From the IMG/VR virus record IMGVR_UViG_3300044859_001080, positions 21,298 to 85,297 of that record: DNA of 64,000 nt, one strand, 5' to 3'. Position 1 is the stretch's first letter; each line of letters opens with the position of its first letter. Source of the stretch: a virus. The notes under the pieces were generated by a model. That model was not told the DNA's origin, did no database searches, and worked only from the letters and a program-made list of their open reading frames with translations. The position numbers and the translations under genes are program-made. Below, piece by piece: positions 1-11,600 of the stretch.

Positions 1-1
1 A

Positions 2-1756
2 ACGGATCAGACTTTAGTTGAATCTTTATTTGGAAATAATAGTGATTTTAAATTTCCAGCATATAATCGTTCACAAACTCCATTAGAATTAAACTATTCT
101 TTTTATAGAAATTTGGTTATAAATTCATTTTACCTTTTCAAATCCAAGGGGACAAGAAAATCCATTGAGTTTATTCTTAAATTATTTGGCATACCAGATG
201 CATTAATAGAATTTAATGAACATATTTATTTGGCTGACCAAAAAATAAATTTAGATAAATTTAATTCTGAATTAGTTAAAATTAATACTGGGTCATATAT
301 TGATAATGATCCAATTGTATTAAGTACAACATATCCACTTTCAGGTAGAACATATAGTGCATTTACAGCAAATACCAGAATTGTAAATACCACTAAAGTT
401 AATTACCCCCTTGATGTGACAACAGGTTATCCACAGATAAAAGAAACAGATGATTTTTTCTTTCAGATGGGGGCAGGTTGGTATCAATTAACTCCTGAAC
501 ATAGAAGTTTACAAGTTAATACCAGAAGGCAAGTTGGGACTGAAATAACTTATGGGGTTGAATTTGAGAAATTAACGTATGGTGAAAAATATTTGGATAG
601 GTTAAGGAAATTTCCATACATTGATGAGGGGTTTAGTTTGGAGAAAGTTATTGATAATAAAAAATCTTGGAATAGTTCTAATTTATTATTAAGAAATTCA
701 TCTGATGGGGATTATAATGCTTATTATACTTTACCAGATGAGAGATTATTGTTAAATGTAAAAAATGTTAGTTTATTTTTAAATCCAGCACAAGGATTGC
801 TTTATGATATATGGGTTCAATCAAGAGAAAAGGATTACCCAATTCCGCAATCTGGATTAACATATCCTTATCCTACAACTGGGGGAACAGATTCAACCAT
901 AATTAATCCACAACCAAAATCAAAATCATTTTTTGAATTTGCTCAAACTTTTGCAAATGATATGATTAATGTTAGGAATAGGTTATACATCACAGATGGT
1001 AAAACCGGGGGATATCCAGTATTACAATCCATATTTTGGAAATATATTGAAGCAAAGATAACTAATAATATTGATACCAATCAATATACTTATGATAAAT
1101 TAATTGAATATGTGAATGGGATTAACCCAAATTGGATTAATCTTGTTGAACAAATGATTCCAGCAACAACATTATGGATGGGGGGTGTTAAATATGAGAA
1201 TTCACCATTTCATAGACAAAAATATGCATATAAAAGATTTAGTATAACTGGAGGAACATCACCACAAGTGATAACAACAGGCAATGGTGTTGTGGTATTT
1301 GGTTTAACATCAATTGCAGATGGAGACGAGTATATCACTTCACCAATATTTAAAGATATATGCGATAAAAATAATATTAATCTTCTAGTTTATCCATCAA
1401 AATCATTTAATGATATTTTGGGTGATAGTATTTCAGAGGCAAAACTTGATTTTAGTGATACATGTTCTAGTGATAATGTATTGACAACTTGGTATGTTGA
1501 AATAATATTAAATAATACAATAGTATCCAAAGTTGAGTTTTATAATGGTTTGGGTAGTGATGATGTTCCTACTAGTTCTGCTTGGAATTCAGCAGTTTTA
1601 ACAGGATTAGAAGGGGTGACCAAATATGATATAAATTATTCTTTACCAAACAATAACAATGTTACTTTTGTTGATTTTGCTTGCAACAATGAAAATACAT
1701 ATGATAGTACATTGGTGATAAACGTTGGTATTGATATAACTTTAATTTGCGAATAA
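2..1756 (+). CDS. Baseplate wedge-like virion structural protein (5'-truncated by window edge)
   Basis: Frame is open from position 2 (TDQTLVESLFG...), upstream of the TTG at 113. YLFKSKGTRKSIEFILKLFG resembles the 'KGT..I...L' motif of baseplate wedge proteins, and the gene lies in a structural context. Confidence 0.55.
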   Translation, partial: TDQTLVESLFGNNSDFKFPAYNRSQTPLELNYSFYRNLVINSFYLFKSKGTRKSIEFILKLFGIPDALIEFNEHIYLADQKINLDKFNSELVKINTGSYIDNDPIVLSTTYPLSGRTYSAFTANTRIVNTTKVNYPLDVTTGYPQIKETDDFFFQMGAGWYQLTPEHRSLQVNTRRQVGTEITYGVEFEKLTYGEKYLDRLRKFPYIDEGFSLEKVIDNKKSWNSSNLLLRNSSDGDYNAYYTLPDERLLLNVKNVSLFLNPAQGLLYDIWVQSREKDYPIPQSGLTYPYPTTGGTDSTIINPQPKSKSFFEFAQTFANDMINVRNRLYITDGKTGGYPVLQSIFWKYIEAKITNNIDTNQYTYDKLIEYVNGINPNWINLVEQMIPATTLWMGGVKYENSPFHRQKYAYKRFSITGGTSPQVITTGNGVVVFGLTSIADGDEYITSPIFKDICDKNNINLLVYPSKSFNDILGDSISEAKLDFSDTCSSDNVLTTWYVEIILNNTIVSKVEFYNGLGSDDVPTSSAWNSAVLTGLEGVTKYDINYSLPNNNNVTFVDFACNNENTYDSTLVINVGIDITLICE

Positions 1757-3945
1757 TGGCAGCATTTGATTATTTTTTGAGTTTAACAGGCGACTGCACT
1801 AATACAAATTCTGGTGCAATACTTCTTGAATTAAGTGGAGGAACGCCACCTTATAGTATTGAATTTATTAATCCATATATTGATAGTACCCCTTATATAA
1901 CAATAACTGAACCAGTATTAATTACAAGTTTATCAGCAACAACTTATGGGGTTAGAGTGAATGATTCAACTGCTCCAGATAATTTAGAATTTTATTTAAA
2001 TATTCCAATATCTAGTGGAGTTTGTACCTCAATATTGTCAACAATCAATTCAACATGTGGGGATTCAAATGGTTCAGTAACTGGAACAACAACATCTCTA
2101 TTTTCAACAACAGATTGTTATTTATATACTAGTGGAAATACCTTAATATCAAACAATATTTTTAATTCGGAGGAAATTATTTTTGAAAATTTAAGTGCAG
2201 ACACTTATTATATTTATGTTGAAGATATTGGGGGTTGTACAGCAAAAACAGAAAATTTTATAATAAAAAATTCCACATCATTTGATTATGGTTATTTTAT
2301 TGTTAAAAATTCACCTTGCTTTACTGGATCAACAGGTGCAATATACATAACAGGTCAAACAAATCCTGGGCCTTATAGTTATTTTTGGAACAATGGAGCA
2401 ACTGGGAATACAATCACAAATTTACCCACAGATTCTTATTCTGTTAGTGTTACAGATGGTCAAGGCTGTGTTAACACCAAAATAATTATAGTTGAAGAGG
2501 CAGAATCTATGGGATTATTACAGATAATTCCCACACAACCATCATGCTTTACTGCAACAGGTTCTTTAGACGTTACCATTAGTGGAGGTACTGCGCCATA
2601 TTATTTTTCAGCAAGTACAGGATTTTATGATATAACATATAGTAATAACATTGTGATTACTGGATTAACATCTGGTACTTATGACATAAGGGTTATAGAT
2701 GGTGCATTATGTTCACTTGATATTACAACAAGTTTAGTTAGTGAAAATTCTGTTTCAAGCGTTGAATTTATTGGAACAAATTCATTATGTGGCTCATCTA
2801 ATGGGATTATATCAATTAATATATTGGGGGGAACTGGACCATATACTTATGGGTTAATTCAACCAAGTGGGGATACAATAACAAATACCACAACTTCAAC
2901 AAATTATTTATTTACCAATTTAGGAACTGGTACATATACAGTTTATATGCAAGATTCTTCAGGTTGTTACTATGATGAAGAAGTGACAATTATTGCTGAA
3001 GATAAATTTGAATTAAATTATTCATTAACTGGGACAACTTGTAATTCAAACAATGGTACTCTTTTTGCATATATTACAACAGGGGGCACACCCCCATACG
3101 ATTTTTATTTGGATGATGTAAATAGCATTTTAGATACAAATTTAACAGGATATACTTTTACAAATTTAAGAGATGGGAATAAGACTTTAAGAGTTATTGA
3201 TTCAACTGGTTGTGAGCAGATAAAAGTATTAACAATACCCACAAGTAATTATTTGGATTTTTCATTATATCCAACATCATGTGTGAATGGTAATGATGGT
3301 ACAATAACAGCTTTGATAACTGATGGGTTGCCACCTTTTACATACACTTGGTCAAGTAATGTATCTGGTAATCCACAATCAATATCAGCAACTGGGTTAA
3401 CTAGTGGTGATTATTCATTAACAATTGTGGATAATAATGGTTGTTCATTAACCAGAGATGTAAGTATAAGTTGTTTTAGTACAGTAAAGTCGTATCAAAC
3501 ATACATTGTTGATTCAAAAGTATTTGGGATAAATTCAATAAATAAATTTGGATTATTAGATTTCTTGAATGAGGGCTTTAGTGATTTGGTGAATATGGAG
3601 TTTAGTGGATCAACCACTATAATCGATCCAAAATGTAATTTAAACTCAGCAATCTTCACAACAGAATATACGTTAGAACCAAGTGGTATCACAAGTGGAA
3701 ATACATTCTACACAGGATATACAAGAACAGATGTTCCAACAGATTCGGTTTATGCAGAATCCATAGTTGATTTGTTGGCTGGTAATACCCTAAAAGGATT
3801 ACTTGGAATCCCAGGAATACAGAGTGTGTCTTATGACTTAATAACAAATACAATAAACATCATAGCAGAACCAGGAGATAGTATAACCTCACAAGTATTA
3901 ACCATAAAATTGAAAATAGATTATGATATATCTTGTAAATTATGA
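1756..3945 (+). CDS. SprB-repeat-containing virion protein
   Basis: ATG at 1756 overlaps the upstream TAA (TAATG). Repeated C...G.I....GGT.PY.Y...L..GTY.V.V.D..GC units are typical of SprB repeats. Confidence 0.7.
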   Translation: MAAFDYFLSLTGDCTNTNSGAILLELSGGTPPYSIEFINPYIDSTPYITITEPVLITSLSATTYGVRVNDSTAPDNLEFYLNIPISSGVCTSILSTINSTCGDSNGSVTGTTTSLFSTTDCYLYTSGNTLISNNIFNSEEIIFENLSADTYYIYVEDIGGCTAKTENFIIKNSTSFDYGYFIVKNSPCFTGSTGAIYITGQTNPGPYSYFWNNGATGNTITNLPTDSYSVSVTDGQGCVNTKIIIVEEAESMGLLQIIPTQPSCFTATGSLDVTISGGTAPYYFSASTGFYDITYSNNIVITGLTSGTYDIRVIDGALCSLDITTSLVSENSVSSVEFIGTNSLCGSSNGIISINILGGTGPYTYGLIQPSGDTITNTTTSTNYLFTNLGTGTYTVYMQDSSGCYYDEEVTIIAEDKFELNYSLTGTTCNSNNGTLFAYITTGGTPPYDFYLDDVNSILDTNLTGYTFTNLRDGNKTLRVIDSTGCEQIKVLTIPTSNYLDFSLYPTSCVNGNDGTITALITDGLPPFTYTWSSNVSGNPQSISATGLTSGDYSLTIVDNNGCSLTRDVSISCFSTVKSYQTYIVDSKVFGINSINKFGLLDFLNEGFSDLVNMEFSGSTTIIDPKCNLNSAIFTTEYTLEPSGITSGNTFYTGYTRTDVPTDSVYAESIVDLLAGNTLKGLLGIPGIQSVSYDLITNTINIIAEPGDSITSQVLTIKLKIDYDISCKL

Positions 3946-4493
3946 CAAACATTATTATTTCAAGTATAAGTGGGGCAACTCCTTTAAATATATATGTATC
4001 TGATGCATTTGGGGGGAATGAAAACTATCTGGGTCAAGTAACAACATTACCTTTGGTGGTTGATATAACATATGAATTACCTATTATATTTAATTCAGCT
4101 CCCCAAGTTACCATTATTATTGAGGATAGTGAAGGATGCAGAACAACAAAGAAATTAAATTGTTATATTAATTGTGATATTGTTTATAGTATAACTGATA
4201 TTACATCAATTACTCCAACTCCAACTCCAACCCCATCTTCAACTCCAGGGTATATTCCAATTGCCTCATCAAATAATAAAATAACATTAACATCTATAAT
4301 AGGAACTCCACCATTTGGTATTTATATATCAGACATAAATAGGAATTATGAAACTTATATTACAACAATAACAAATACTGGAATATTACCACTTACCATT
4401 GATGTCCCCAATAGATTTTCTGGGTCAAATCAAGTTATTGTTACCATAAAAGATATAAATTCTTGTAGTTATTTTAAAATAATAGATTGTTAA
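3942..4493 (+). CDS. Structural protein with two copies of a small beta domain joined by a PT linker
   Basis: ISSISGATPLNIYVSD...VTIIIED and LTSIIGTPPFGIYISD...VIVTIKD flank TPTPTPTPS. Confidence 0.6.
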   Translation: MTNIIISSISGATPLNIYVSDAFGGNENYLGQVTTLPLVVDITYELPIIFNSAPQVTIIIEDSEGCRTTKKLNCYINCDIVYSITDITSITPTPTPTPSSTPGYIPIASSNNKITLTSIIGTPPFGIYISDINRNYETYITTITNTGILPLTIDVPNRFSGSNQVIVTIKDINSCSYFKIIDC

Positions 4494-5939
4494 ATGGCAA
4501 CATATAAATTAATTGTAGTAAATATTGATCCAATATGTGAGAATAGCATAGAGAATGAGATAACAGGGGTTACTGCTTGTTCAAGGTATTTCTTACAATT
4601 AAATCCCTCATCTCACTCAAAAGGTCCATTTAATTTTTATATTGATACAATTGATAGTGAGCCAATATATAGCAATATAACAAGAGAGCAATTTTTGGCT
4701 GGAATAACTCTTGAGATTTTATGCACAACCCCAACTCCAACACCATCTATAACACCAACCCCAAGTATAACACCATCTATAACACAGACGCCAACAAAGA
4801 CGCCAACACAGACGCCAACACCATCTGTAACATCAACAAACACTCCAACACCAACAAATACCCCAACAAAGACAAATACTCCAACACCAACCATAACTCC
4901 AACAGTTACCCCAACAACACCGGAAGAGTATGAGGCTTATTTATTTATTGAGCCAGTTAGTATGAATGTGGAGTTCAATTCTTGGATGTCATCTGGTGGT
5001 AGTTTATTTAGGGGATTTTCAAATGGTATTGCTCCATCAATAAGTGCAGCAACATTTAATGACCAGATTAATAGGTATATATCCTTTTCAGGTTGGGGAG
5101 CAAATGCACCACAAGTAAGAACAACAAAGATACGCCAAAATAGTGGTGGATTTGATGAATATGGTAATTTAATTCAAGCTTATTTATTCAAGACGCATGA
5201 AGTTCCAGCATATTTGACAACAGGTTATTCTTGGTATACTTGGGTTATACCAAATATGGACACAAATAGAAATCTTGTTAGCAACATTGGGGTTAATGAA
5301 TATGGGGATTCAACATCATTAGTCCCGGTTAATACAAATTTATTATATGCAGAATTAACGGTAATATATAGTGGCTTCACAATTCCACAAAATTATTATC
5401 ATATATATACAACATTTAGCAATACAAATTTCAGATTAAATAATGATAACAAAATATATTTTAAGGGAAATTCCTTAATACCAGATTTAAATGGTTGCAA
5501 TTGTTTTGATGTTTATTTGGATCCGTCAACCCCATCAGTATTATCTTGTTATGATGTTTGTAGGGAGGTTGCAAATACCAGAATATGTGGAAAAACAACA
5601 ACATTTAATGGTGCAAATGGTCAGAAATATTATATTGATTTTCAATCATGTATAAACAATGACGATAGCAGTTGGAATGGGGCAAAGAATTTTAGCATAA
5701 ACGGATATTGCTATTCAACTGATTCAGTTGGGGTTATTACTGGTTCAACAATATGCCCATCACCAACTCCAACACCAACAAATACATTAACACCAACACC
5801 AACTATAACTATGACTCAAACTAAAACCCCTACCCCAACAAGGACAATTACTCCTACTAACACAAAGACGCCAACAAATACAGCAACTCCTACACCAACA
5901 AACACATTAACTCCAACACCAACTCCTACACCAATTTAA
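4494..5939 (+). CDS. Pro/Thr-repeat virion protein
   Basis: Two long (TP)n tracts and a Cys-rich domain, in structural context. Confidence 0.6.
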   Translation: MATYKLIVVNIDPICENSIENEITGVTACSRYFLQLNPSSHSKGPFNFYIDTIDSEPIYSNITREQFLAGITLEILCTTPTPTPSITPTPSITPSITQTPTKTPTQTPTPSVTSTNTPTPTNTPTKTNTPTPTITPTVTPTTPEEYEAYLFIEPVSMNVEFNSWMSSGGSLFRGFSNGIAPSISAATFNDQINRYISFSGWGANAPQVRTTKIRQNSGGFDEYGNLIQAYLFKTHEVPAYLTTGYSWYTWVIPNMDTNRNLVSNIGVNEYGDSTSLVPVNTNLLYAELTVIYSGFTIPQNYYHIYTTFSNTNFRLNNDNKIYFKGNSLIPDLNGCNCFDVYLDPSTPSVLSCYDVCREVANTRICGKTTTFNGANGQKYYIDFQSCINNDDSSWNGAKNFSINGYCYSTDSVGVITGSTICPSPTPTPTNTLTPTPTITMTQTKTPTPTRTITPTNTKTPTNTATPTPTNTLTPTPTPTPI

Positions 5940-6032
5940 TTTCAACACCAACAAATAGAATAACATTTACAACCATTTAAGTTATGGTTAAAATGTAATT
6001 TTATATATTTATAAAAAATAATAAATTAGTTA

Positions 6033-8540
6033 ATGAGTTTTAATTATAAAAATCCTAAATCATCAGTTGTACTATCTGGGCCAAATTCAGTTAGGACAGA
6101 TTCAAATACCGGAAGCAATTTTAGTTCATTCCAAGTTGGTGGTTTTTACGAGGTTTTTAAATTAAGTGATTTAAATTTTAACATACCAAGTGGTGCAACA
6201 GGGACAATATTATATTCAGGAAATACCATTCCCATTGATTTTAGTTATAATGCACCAAACAATTTTCCAAATGTAGTCAATTTATATTCAGATGGGATTT
6301 CTTCTGGAAGGAGAAAACTTGGTATGATTGCTTATGTTTATGAGAATAATAAGACATATCAATACCAAATACCAAACTATGAAACATTATTTAATAATGC
6401 TATAAATGTTGGTTCTGTTGTAAATATTGATTTTGGTTATCAGATATATGATAATACAGATGAAGGTAAATTATTGTTAAATGCTTGGACAGGGTCAACC
6501 ATTGAAGGCATAAGTGGAGTAACAAGAGGGGATGCAAGATGGGTTGAGTTCAATCCAGAGATTTATATCACAGGTGGAACATATAGTTCAGGAGATACCA
6601 CATTATATTTATATGATAGTTCAGGGAATACAATACCAATATCAGGGTTTAGCATTAGTATTAGTGGGGGAACAACGGGGACATCTGGAACAAGTGGTAC
6701 ATCTGGTGGTTTAGCAGGAACATCTGGAACAAGTGGCTCATCTGGTGATCCATTAACTGAATTAGAAATAACAGGAGTTCAGAATAATTCTAATAGAACA
6801 TTTACAATATCTGAATCTGTTGATATAAGTAATCATTTATTTTTTTATAATGGGCAATTGCAACAATATGGTGTAGATTATACCATATTATCAGGCACAA
6901 CTTTAGTAATTGATAATGCTAATCCGCCACCAACACCAAATTGTATATTAAAGATATATGGTAGTGTTGTTATTGGTTTTAATGGAACATCTGGAACATC
7001 TGGAACAAGTGGTTCAAGTGGTTCATCTGGAACAAGTGGTTCATCTGGTAATCCATTAACTGAATTAGAAATAACAGGAGTTCAGAATAATTCTAATAGA
7101 ACATTTACAATATCTGAATCTGTTGATATAGGTAATCATTTATTTTTTTATAATGGGCAATTGCAACAATATGATGTAGATTATACCATATTGTCAGGTA
7201 CAACTTTAGTAATCAATAATGCTAATCCACCACCAACACCAAATTGTATATTAAAGATATATGGTGGTGTTGTTATTGGTGTTAATGGTACATCAGGTAC
7301 AAGTGGGAGTAATGGAACATCTGGAACAAGTGGTTCATCTGGCAGTTCAGGAACATCAGGCACAGAGGGAACAAGTGGTTCATCTGGAAGCAGCGGAACA
7401 TCAGGTATAGATGGGACAAGTGGTTCATCTGGAAGCAGCGGAACATCAGGTATAGATGGAACATCAGGCACGTCAGGAACAAGTGGTACGTCAGGTAGTA
7501 GTGGGTTACAAGGTATAAGTGCAGGTCAAGTTTATTATTTCAATGAAAGCCAAAATTCAGATGTTAATGGGTATAAAGCCCTATCAATTACTCCACTTGA
7601 CACACCACAACAAAGTGTTGTTATATTAGTTCCAGGTAATTCAACAGGGACATTAGTTTCAGATTATATAACGCCTGAATTAGGTTTTTCTGTAATACCA
7701 GGTGGGACACAAAAATTTCATTTACATTTCTTAAAAACAAATCAAAATGATTTGATGGATGTTTATGTTGAGATACAATTGGCTAATTTTAGTGGACAAA
7801 CAATTGGACCAATAATAACATCAAATGTTAGTCTTATAAATTGGTTAGATGGGTCAACACCAGTTGAGGCAAATGTTGATATAACTTTACCAACAACAAC
7901 AATCAATCCAACTAATAGGATGATTGTTAGAATATATCTTAATAATCAACAAGGTTCATCAAAAAATGTTACATATTATACAGAAGGGAATAGTAATTAT
8001 TCATTTGTTTTAACATCTACTGGTGCAATAGGAGGAACAAGTGGTATTTCAGGTTCTAGTGGCTCATCAGGGACAAGTGGTTCATCTGGGAGTAGCGGTA
8101 CATCTGGAACAAGTGGTTCATCTGGAACAAGTGTAGCACTTTATTTACTTGAAGCATATGCAGACGTTGTTTATACTTTACCAGGTAGTTTTACTAATGA
8201 TACTTGTAGATATAGTATTGTGAATAATAGTGTAAATGTATCAAGTGCATGGTTTAATACTTCAACTTATACCTTTACACCACTAAAAGCAGGTTATTGG
8301 GAAATTGCGGCTAGTTATGATGTCTATAGAAATGGAGAAGCTAATATGGGAATACAAAAAAATGGCAGTACTATAGGAATAGCGGGTTCAATATCTTCAA
8401 TAATACAACAAGTAAGAAAAATTTTATATCTAAATGGCTCAACTGACTATGTAAATATTATTAATAATGGTTCTAATGCAAATGCAAGAACACAAGAAGT
8501 AACTAGGTCTTGGTTTCAAGCAATATGGTTAGGAGAATAA
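6033..8540 (+). CDS. Tail-fibre/whisker-like protein with GTSGSS linkers and a duplicated domain
   Basis: G-x-x Ser/Thr repeats separate globular domains. There is a 101-aa internal duplication and a C1q-like C-terminal segment (FTPLKAGYWEI...YLNGSTDYV). Confidence 0.65.
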   Translation: MSFNYKNPKSSVVLSGPNSVRTDSNTGSNFSSFQVGGFYEVFKLSDLNFNIPSGATGTILYSGNTIPIDFSYNAPNNFPNVVNLYSDGISSGRRKLGMIAYVYENNKTYQYQIPNYETLFNNAINVGSVVNIDFGYQIYDNTDEGKLLLNAWTGSTIEGISGVTRGDARWVEFNPEIYITGGTYSSGDTTLYLYDSSGNTIPISGFSISISGGTTGTSGTSGTSGGLAGTSGTSGSSGDPLTELEITGVQNNSNRTFTISESVDISNHLFFYNGQLQQYGVDYTILSGTTLVIDNANPPPTPNCILKIYGSVVIGFNGTSGTSGTSGSSGSSGTSGSSGNPLTELEITGVQNNSNRTFTISESVDIGNHLFFYNGQLQQYDVDYTILSGTTLVINNANPPPTPNCILKIYGGVVIGVNGTSGTSGSNGTSGTSGSSGSSGTSGTEGTSGSSGSSGTSGIDGTSGSSGSSGTSGIDGTSGTSGTSGTSGSSGLQGISAGQVYYFNESQNSDVNGYKALSITPLDTPQQSVVILVPGNSTGTLVSDYITPELGFSVIPGGTQKFHLHFLKTNQNDLMDVYVEIQLANFSGQTIGPIITSNVSLINWLDGSTPVEANVDITLPTTTINPTNRMIVRIYLNNQQGSSKNVTYYTEGNSNYSFVLTSTGAIGGTSGISGSSGSSGTSGSSGSSGTSGTSGSSGTSVALYLLEAYADVVYTLPGSFTNDTCRYSIVNNSVNVSSAWFNTSTYTFTPLKAGYWEIAASYDVYRNGEANMGIQKNGSTIGIAGSISSIIQQVRKILYLNGSTDYVNIINNGSNANARTQEVTRSWFQAIWLGE
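6750..7290 (+). repeat. Near-identical direct repeat, 303-bp period
   Basis: CCATTAACTGAATTAGAAATAACAGGAGTTCAG... starts at 6750 and at 7053 with few substitutions. Confidence 0.9.
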
Positions 8541-8681
8541 TATTTAAAGATATAGAATACTATTTTTTATAAAGTAAGTGTTTTAGTATATATGTTTTTT
8601 TTATAAAGTATATAATAATTTTATATTTTAGGTTTTTTTTAAAACCTTAAAGTATTTATGTATAAGTAAAAAAATAATAAT

Positions 8682-11600
8682 ATGCCAACTAGATTAAATA
8701 TTTATGGTCAGGCCATTTCAACAACGAAGAAAAGGCCGTGTATTGTTGCAACAACAGGTCATATAGTACTATCTGGAGCAACAACACCAACATCAATTGA
8801 TGGGATTAATATTGATGTTAATGATAGAATACTGGTGTGGCAACAAAATTCGCCACAAAATAATGGAATATACAAATTAGAAACATCAGAATTATTAAGC
8901 CGTGATTATGATTTTAATATCAGTGACGATGTTTATACTGGTGTTGAGGTTTTGGTATTATCAGGATTAACATATTCTGGTAAAACATTTTATTTAACAA
9001 CAACAGATGAGATAACAATTGGAAGTAGTTTATTAACATTTGATATTCTTGCTGGTCAAAATGGAACAAGCGGAAGTTCAGGAACAAGTGGTTCATCAGG
9101 AACAAGTGGCTCATCTGGAACAAGCGGAAGTTCAGGAACAAGTGGCTCATCTGGAACAAGTGGAAGTTCAGGAACAAGTGGCTCATCAGGAACAAGTGGA
9201 AGTTCAGGAACAAGTGGAAGTTCAGGAACAAGTGGTTCATCTGGAACAAGTGGCTCATCAGGAACAAGTGGAAGTTCAGGAACAAGTGGAAGTTCAGGTA
9301 CAAGTGGTTCATCAGGTACAAGCGGAAGTTCAGGAACAAGTGGCTCATCAGGAACAAGTGGAAGTTCAGGAACAAGTGGAAGTTCAGGAACAAGTGGAAG
9401 TTCAGGTACAAGCGGAAGTTCAGGAACAAGTGGTTCATCAGGAACAAGTGGAAGTTCAGGAACAAGTGGAAGTTCAGGAACAAGTGGAAGTTCAGGAACA
9501 AGTGGTTCATCTGGAACAAGTGGAAGTTCAGGAACAAGTGGTTCATCAGGTACAAGCGGAAGTTCAGGAACAAGTGGTTCATCTGGAACAAGCGGTTCAT
9601 CTGGAACAAGCGGAAGTTCAGGTACAAGTGGAAGTTCTGGAACAAGTGGAAGTTCAGGTACAAGCGGAAGTTCAGGAACAAGTGGTTCATCTGGAACAAG
9701 CGGTTCATCTGGAACAAGCGGAAGTTCAGGTACAAGTGGAAGTTCTGGAACAAGTGGAAGTTCAGGAACAAGTGGTTCATCAGGTACAAGTGGCTCATCT
9801 GGAACAAGCGGTTCATCAGGTACAAGTGGTTCATCTGGAACAAGCGGAAGTTCAGGAACAAGTGGAAGTTCAGGAACAAGTGGAAGTTCAGGAACAAGTG
9901 GAAGTTCAGGAACAAGTGGAAGTTCAGGAACAAGTGGCTCATCAGGTACAAGTGGCTCATCAGGTACAAGTGGCTCATCTGGAACAAGCGGAAGTTCAGG
10001 AACAAGTGGAAGTTCAGGAACAAGTGGAAGTTCAGGAACAAGTGGAAGTTCAGGAACAAGTGGCTCATCAGGTACAAGTGGCTCATCTGGAACAAGCGGA
10101 AGTTCAGGTACAAGTGGAAGTTCAGGAACAAGTGGAAGTTCAGGAACAAGTGGCTCATCAGGTACAAGCGGTTCATCAGGTACAAGCGGAAGTTCAGGAA
10201 CAAGTGGCTCATCAGGAACAAGTGGCTCATCTGGAACAAGCGGAAGTTCAGGAACAAGCGGAAGTTCAGGTACAAGTGGAAGTTCAGGAACAAGTGGCTC
10301 ATCTGGAACAAGTGGCTCATCTGGAACAAGCGGTTCATCAGGTACAAGTGGTTCATCTGGAACAAGCGGAAGTTCAGGAACAAGTGGTTCATCTGGAACA
10401 AGCGGAAGTTCAGGAACAAGTGGTTCATCTGGAACAAGCGGAAGTTCAGGAACAAGTGGTTCATCTGGAACAAGTGGTACTGATGGAACAAGTGGCTCAT
10501 CTGGAACAAGTGGCTCATCTGGAACAAGTGGCTCATCTGGAACAAGCGGTTCATCAGGTACAAGCGGAAGTTCAGGAACAAGTGGTTCATCTGGAACAAG
10601 TGGTACTGATGGAACAAGTGGCTCATCTGGAACAAGTGGAAGTTCAGGAACAAGTGGCTCATCTGGAACAAGTGGCTCATCTGGAACAAGCGGTTCATCA
10701 GGTACAAGTGGTTCATCTGGAACAAGCGGAAGTTCAGGAACAAGTGGTTCATCTGGAACAAGTGGTACTGATGGAACAAGTGGCTCATCTGGAACAAGTG
10801 GAAGTTCAGGAACAAGTGGCTCATCTGGAACAAGCGGAAGTTCAGGAACAAGTGGAAGTTCAGGAACAAGTGGTTCATCTGGAACAAGCGGAAGTTCAGG
10901 TACAAGTGGAACAGCAGGAACAAGTGGAACAAGTCCATCAATAGTAGAATTATCTATTTCAGGTGCAACAAATGGGTCAAATAGAACATTTACCATTTCT
11001 CAAGAAATTGACCAAGAGGCTAGTTTATTCTTTGTTAATGGTCAATTACAACAATATGGTGATGATTATACCATTGCTGGAAATCAATTAACAATTGACT
11101 CAGAAAACCCAGCACCAACATCAACATACATATTAAAATTATTTGGCGGTGGTATTCTTTTTGGTATCAATGGAACAAGTGGAACATCAGCCTTTATTAC
11201 CTCATCAGCATCAACACCATCACCAATAGATGCAAATTCAATGTGTTTTTGGTTTGACACAGTAAATTTAGAGCCAATGGTTTCTTATTGTGGGTATAGT
11301 GGAGCAGCTTCATGGTCAGCAGGGGGTGCATTGATAACAGGAAACCAGCAATTTGCAGGAGCAGGAACACAGAATGAAGGACTTGTATTTGGAGGTACTG
11401 GTCCTGTATCTTGCACTGAAGAATATAATGGCACATCTTGGTCAACAGGTGGTGCATTAGCAACAGCAAGATGTGGTTTAGCAGGAGCAGGAACACAAAA
11501 TGTAGGACTTGCTTTTGGTGGACATAGTTCATATGGTTCTTGCACAGAAGAATATAATGGTACATCTTGGTCAGCAGGAGGTGCATTAGCAACAGCAAGA

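Noticed and set aside
9063-10935. Possible CRISPR array or non-coding satellite
   Set aside because: No unique spacers; contiguous in-frame coding repeat with synonymous variation.
8920-10996. Three 630-670-aa alternative-frame ORFs (8920-, 9040+, 9056-)
   Set aside because: Shadows of the stop-free 18-bp GTSGSS repeat; they begin and end with the repeat.
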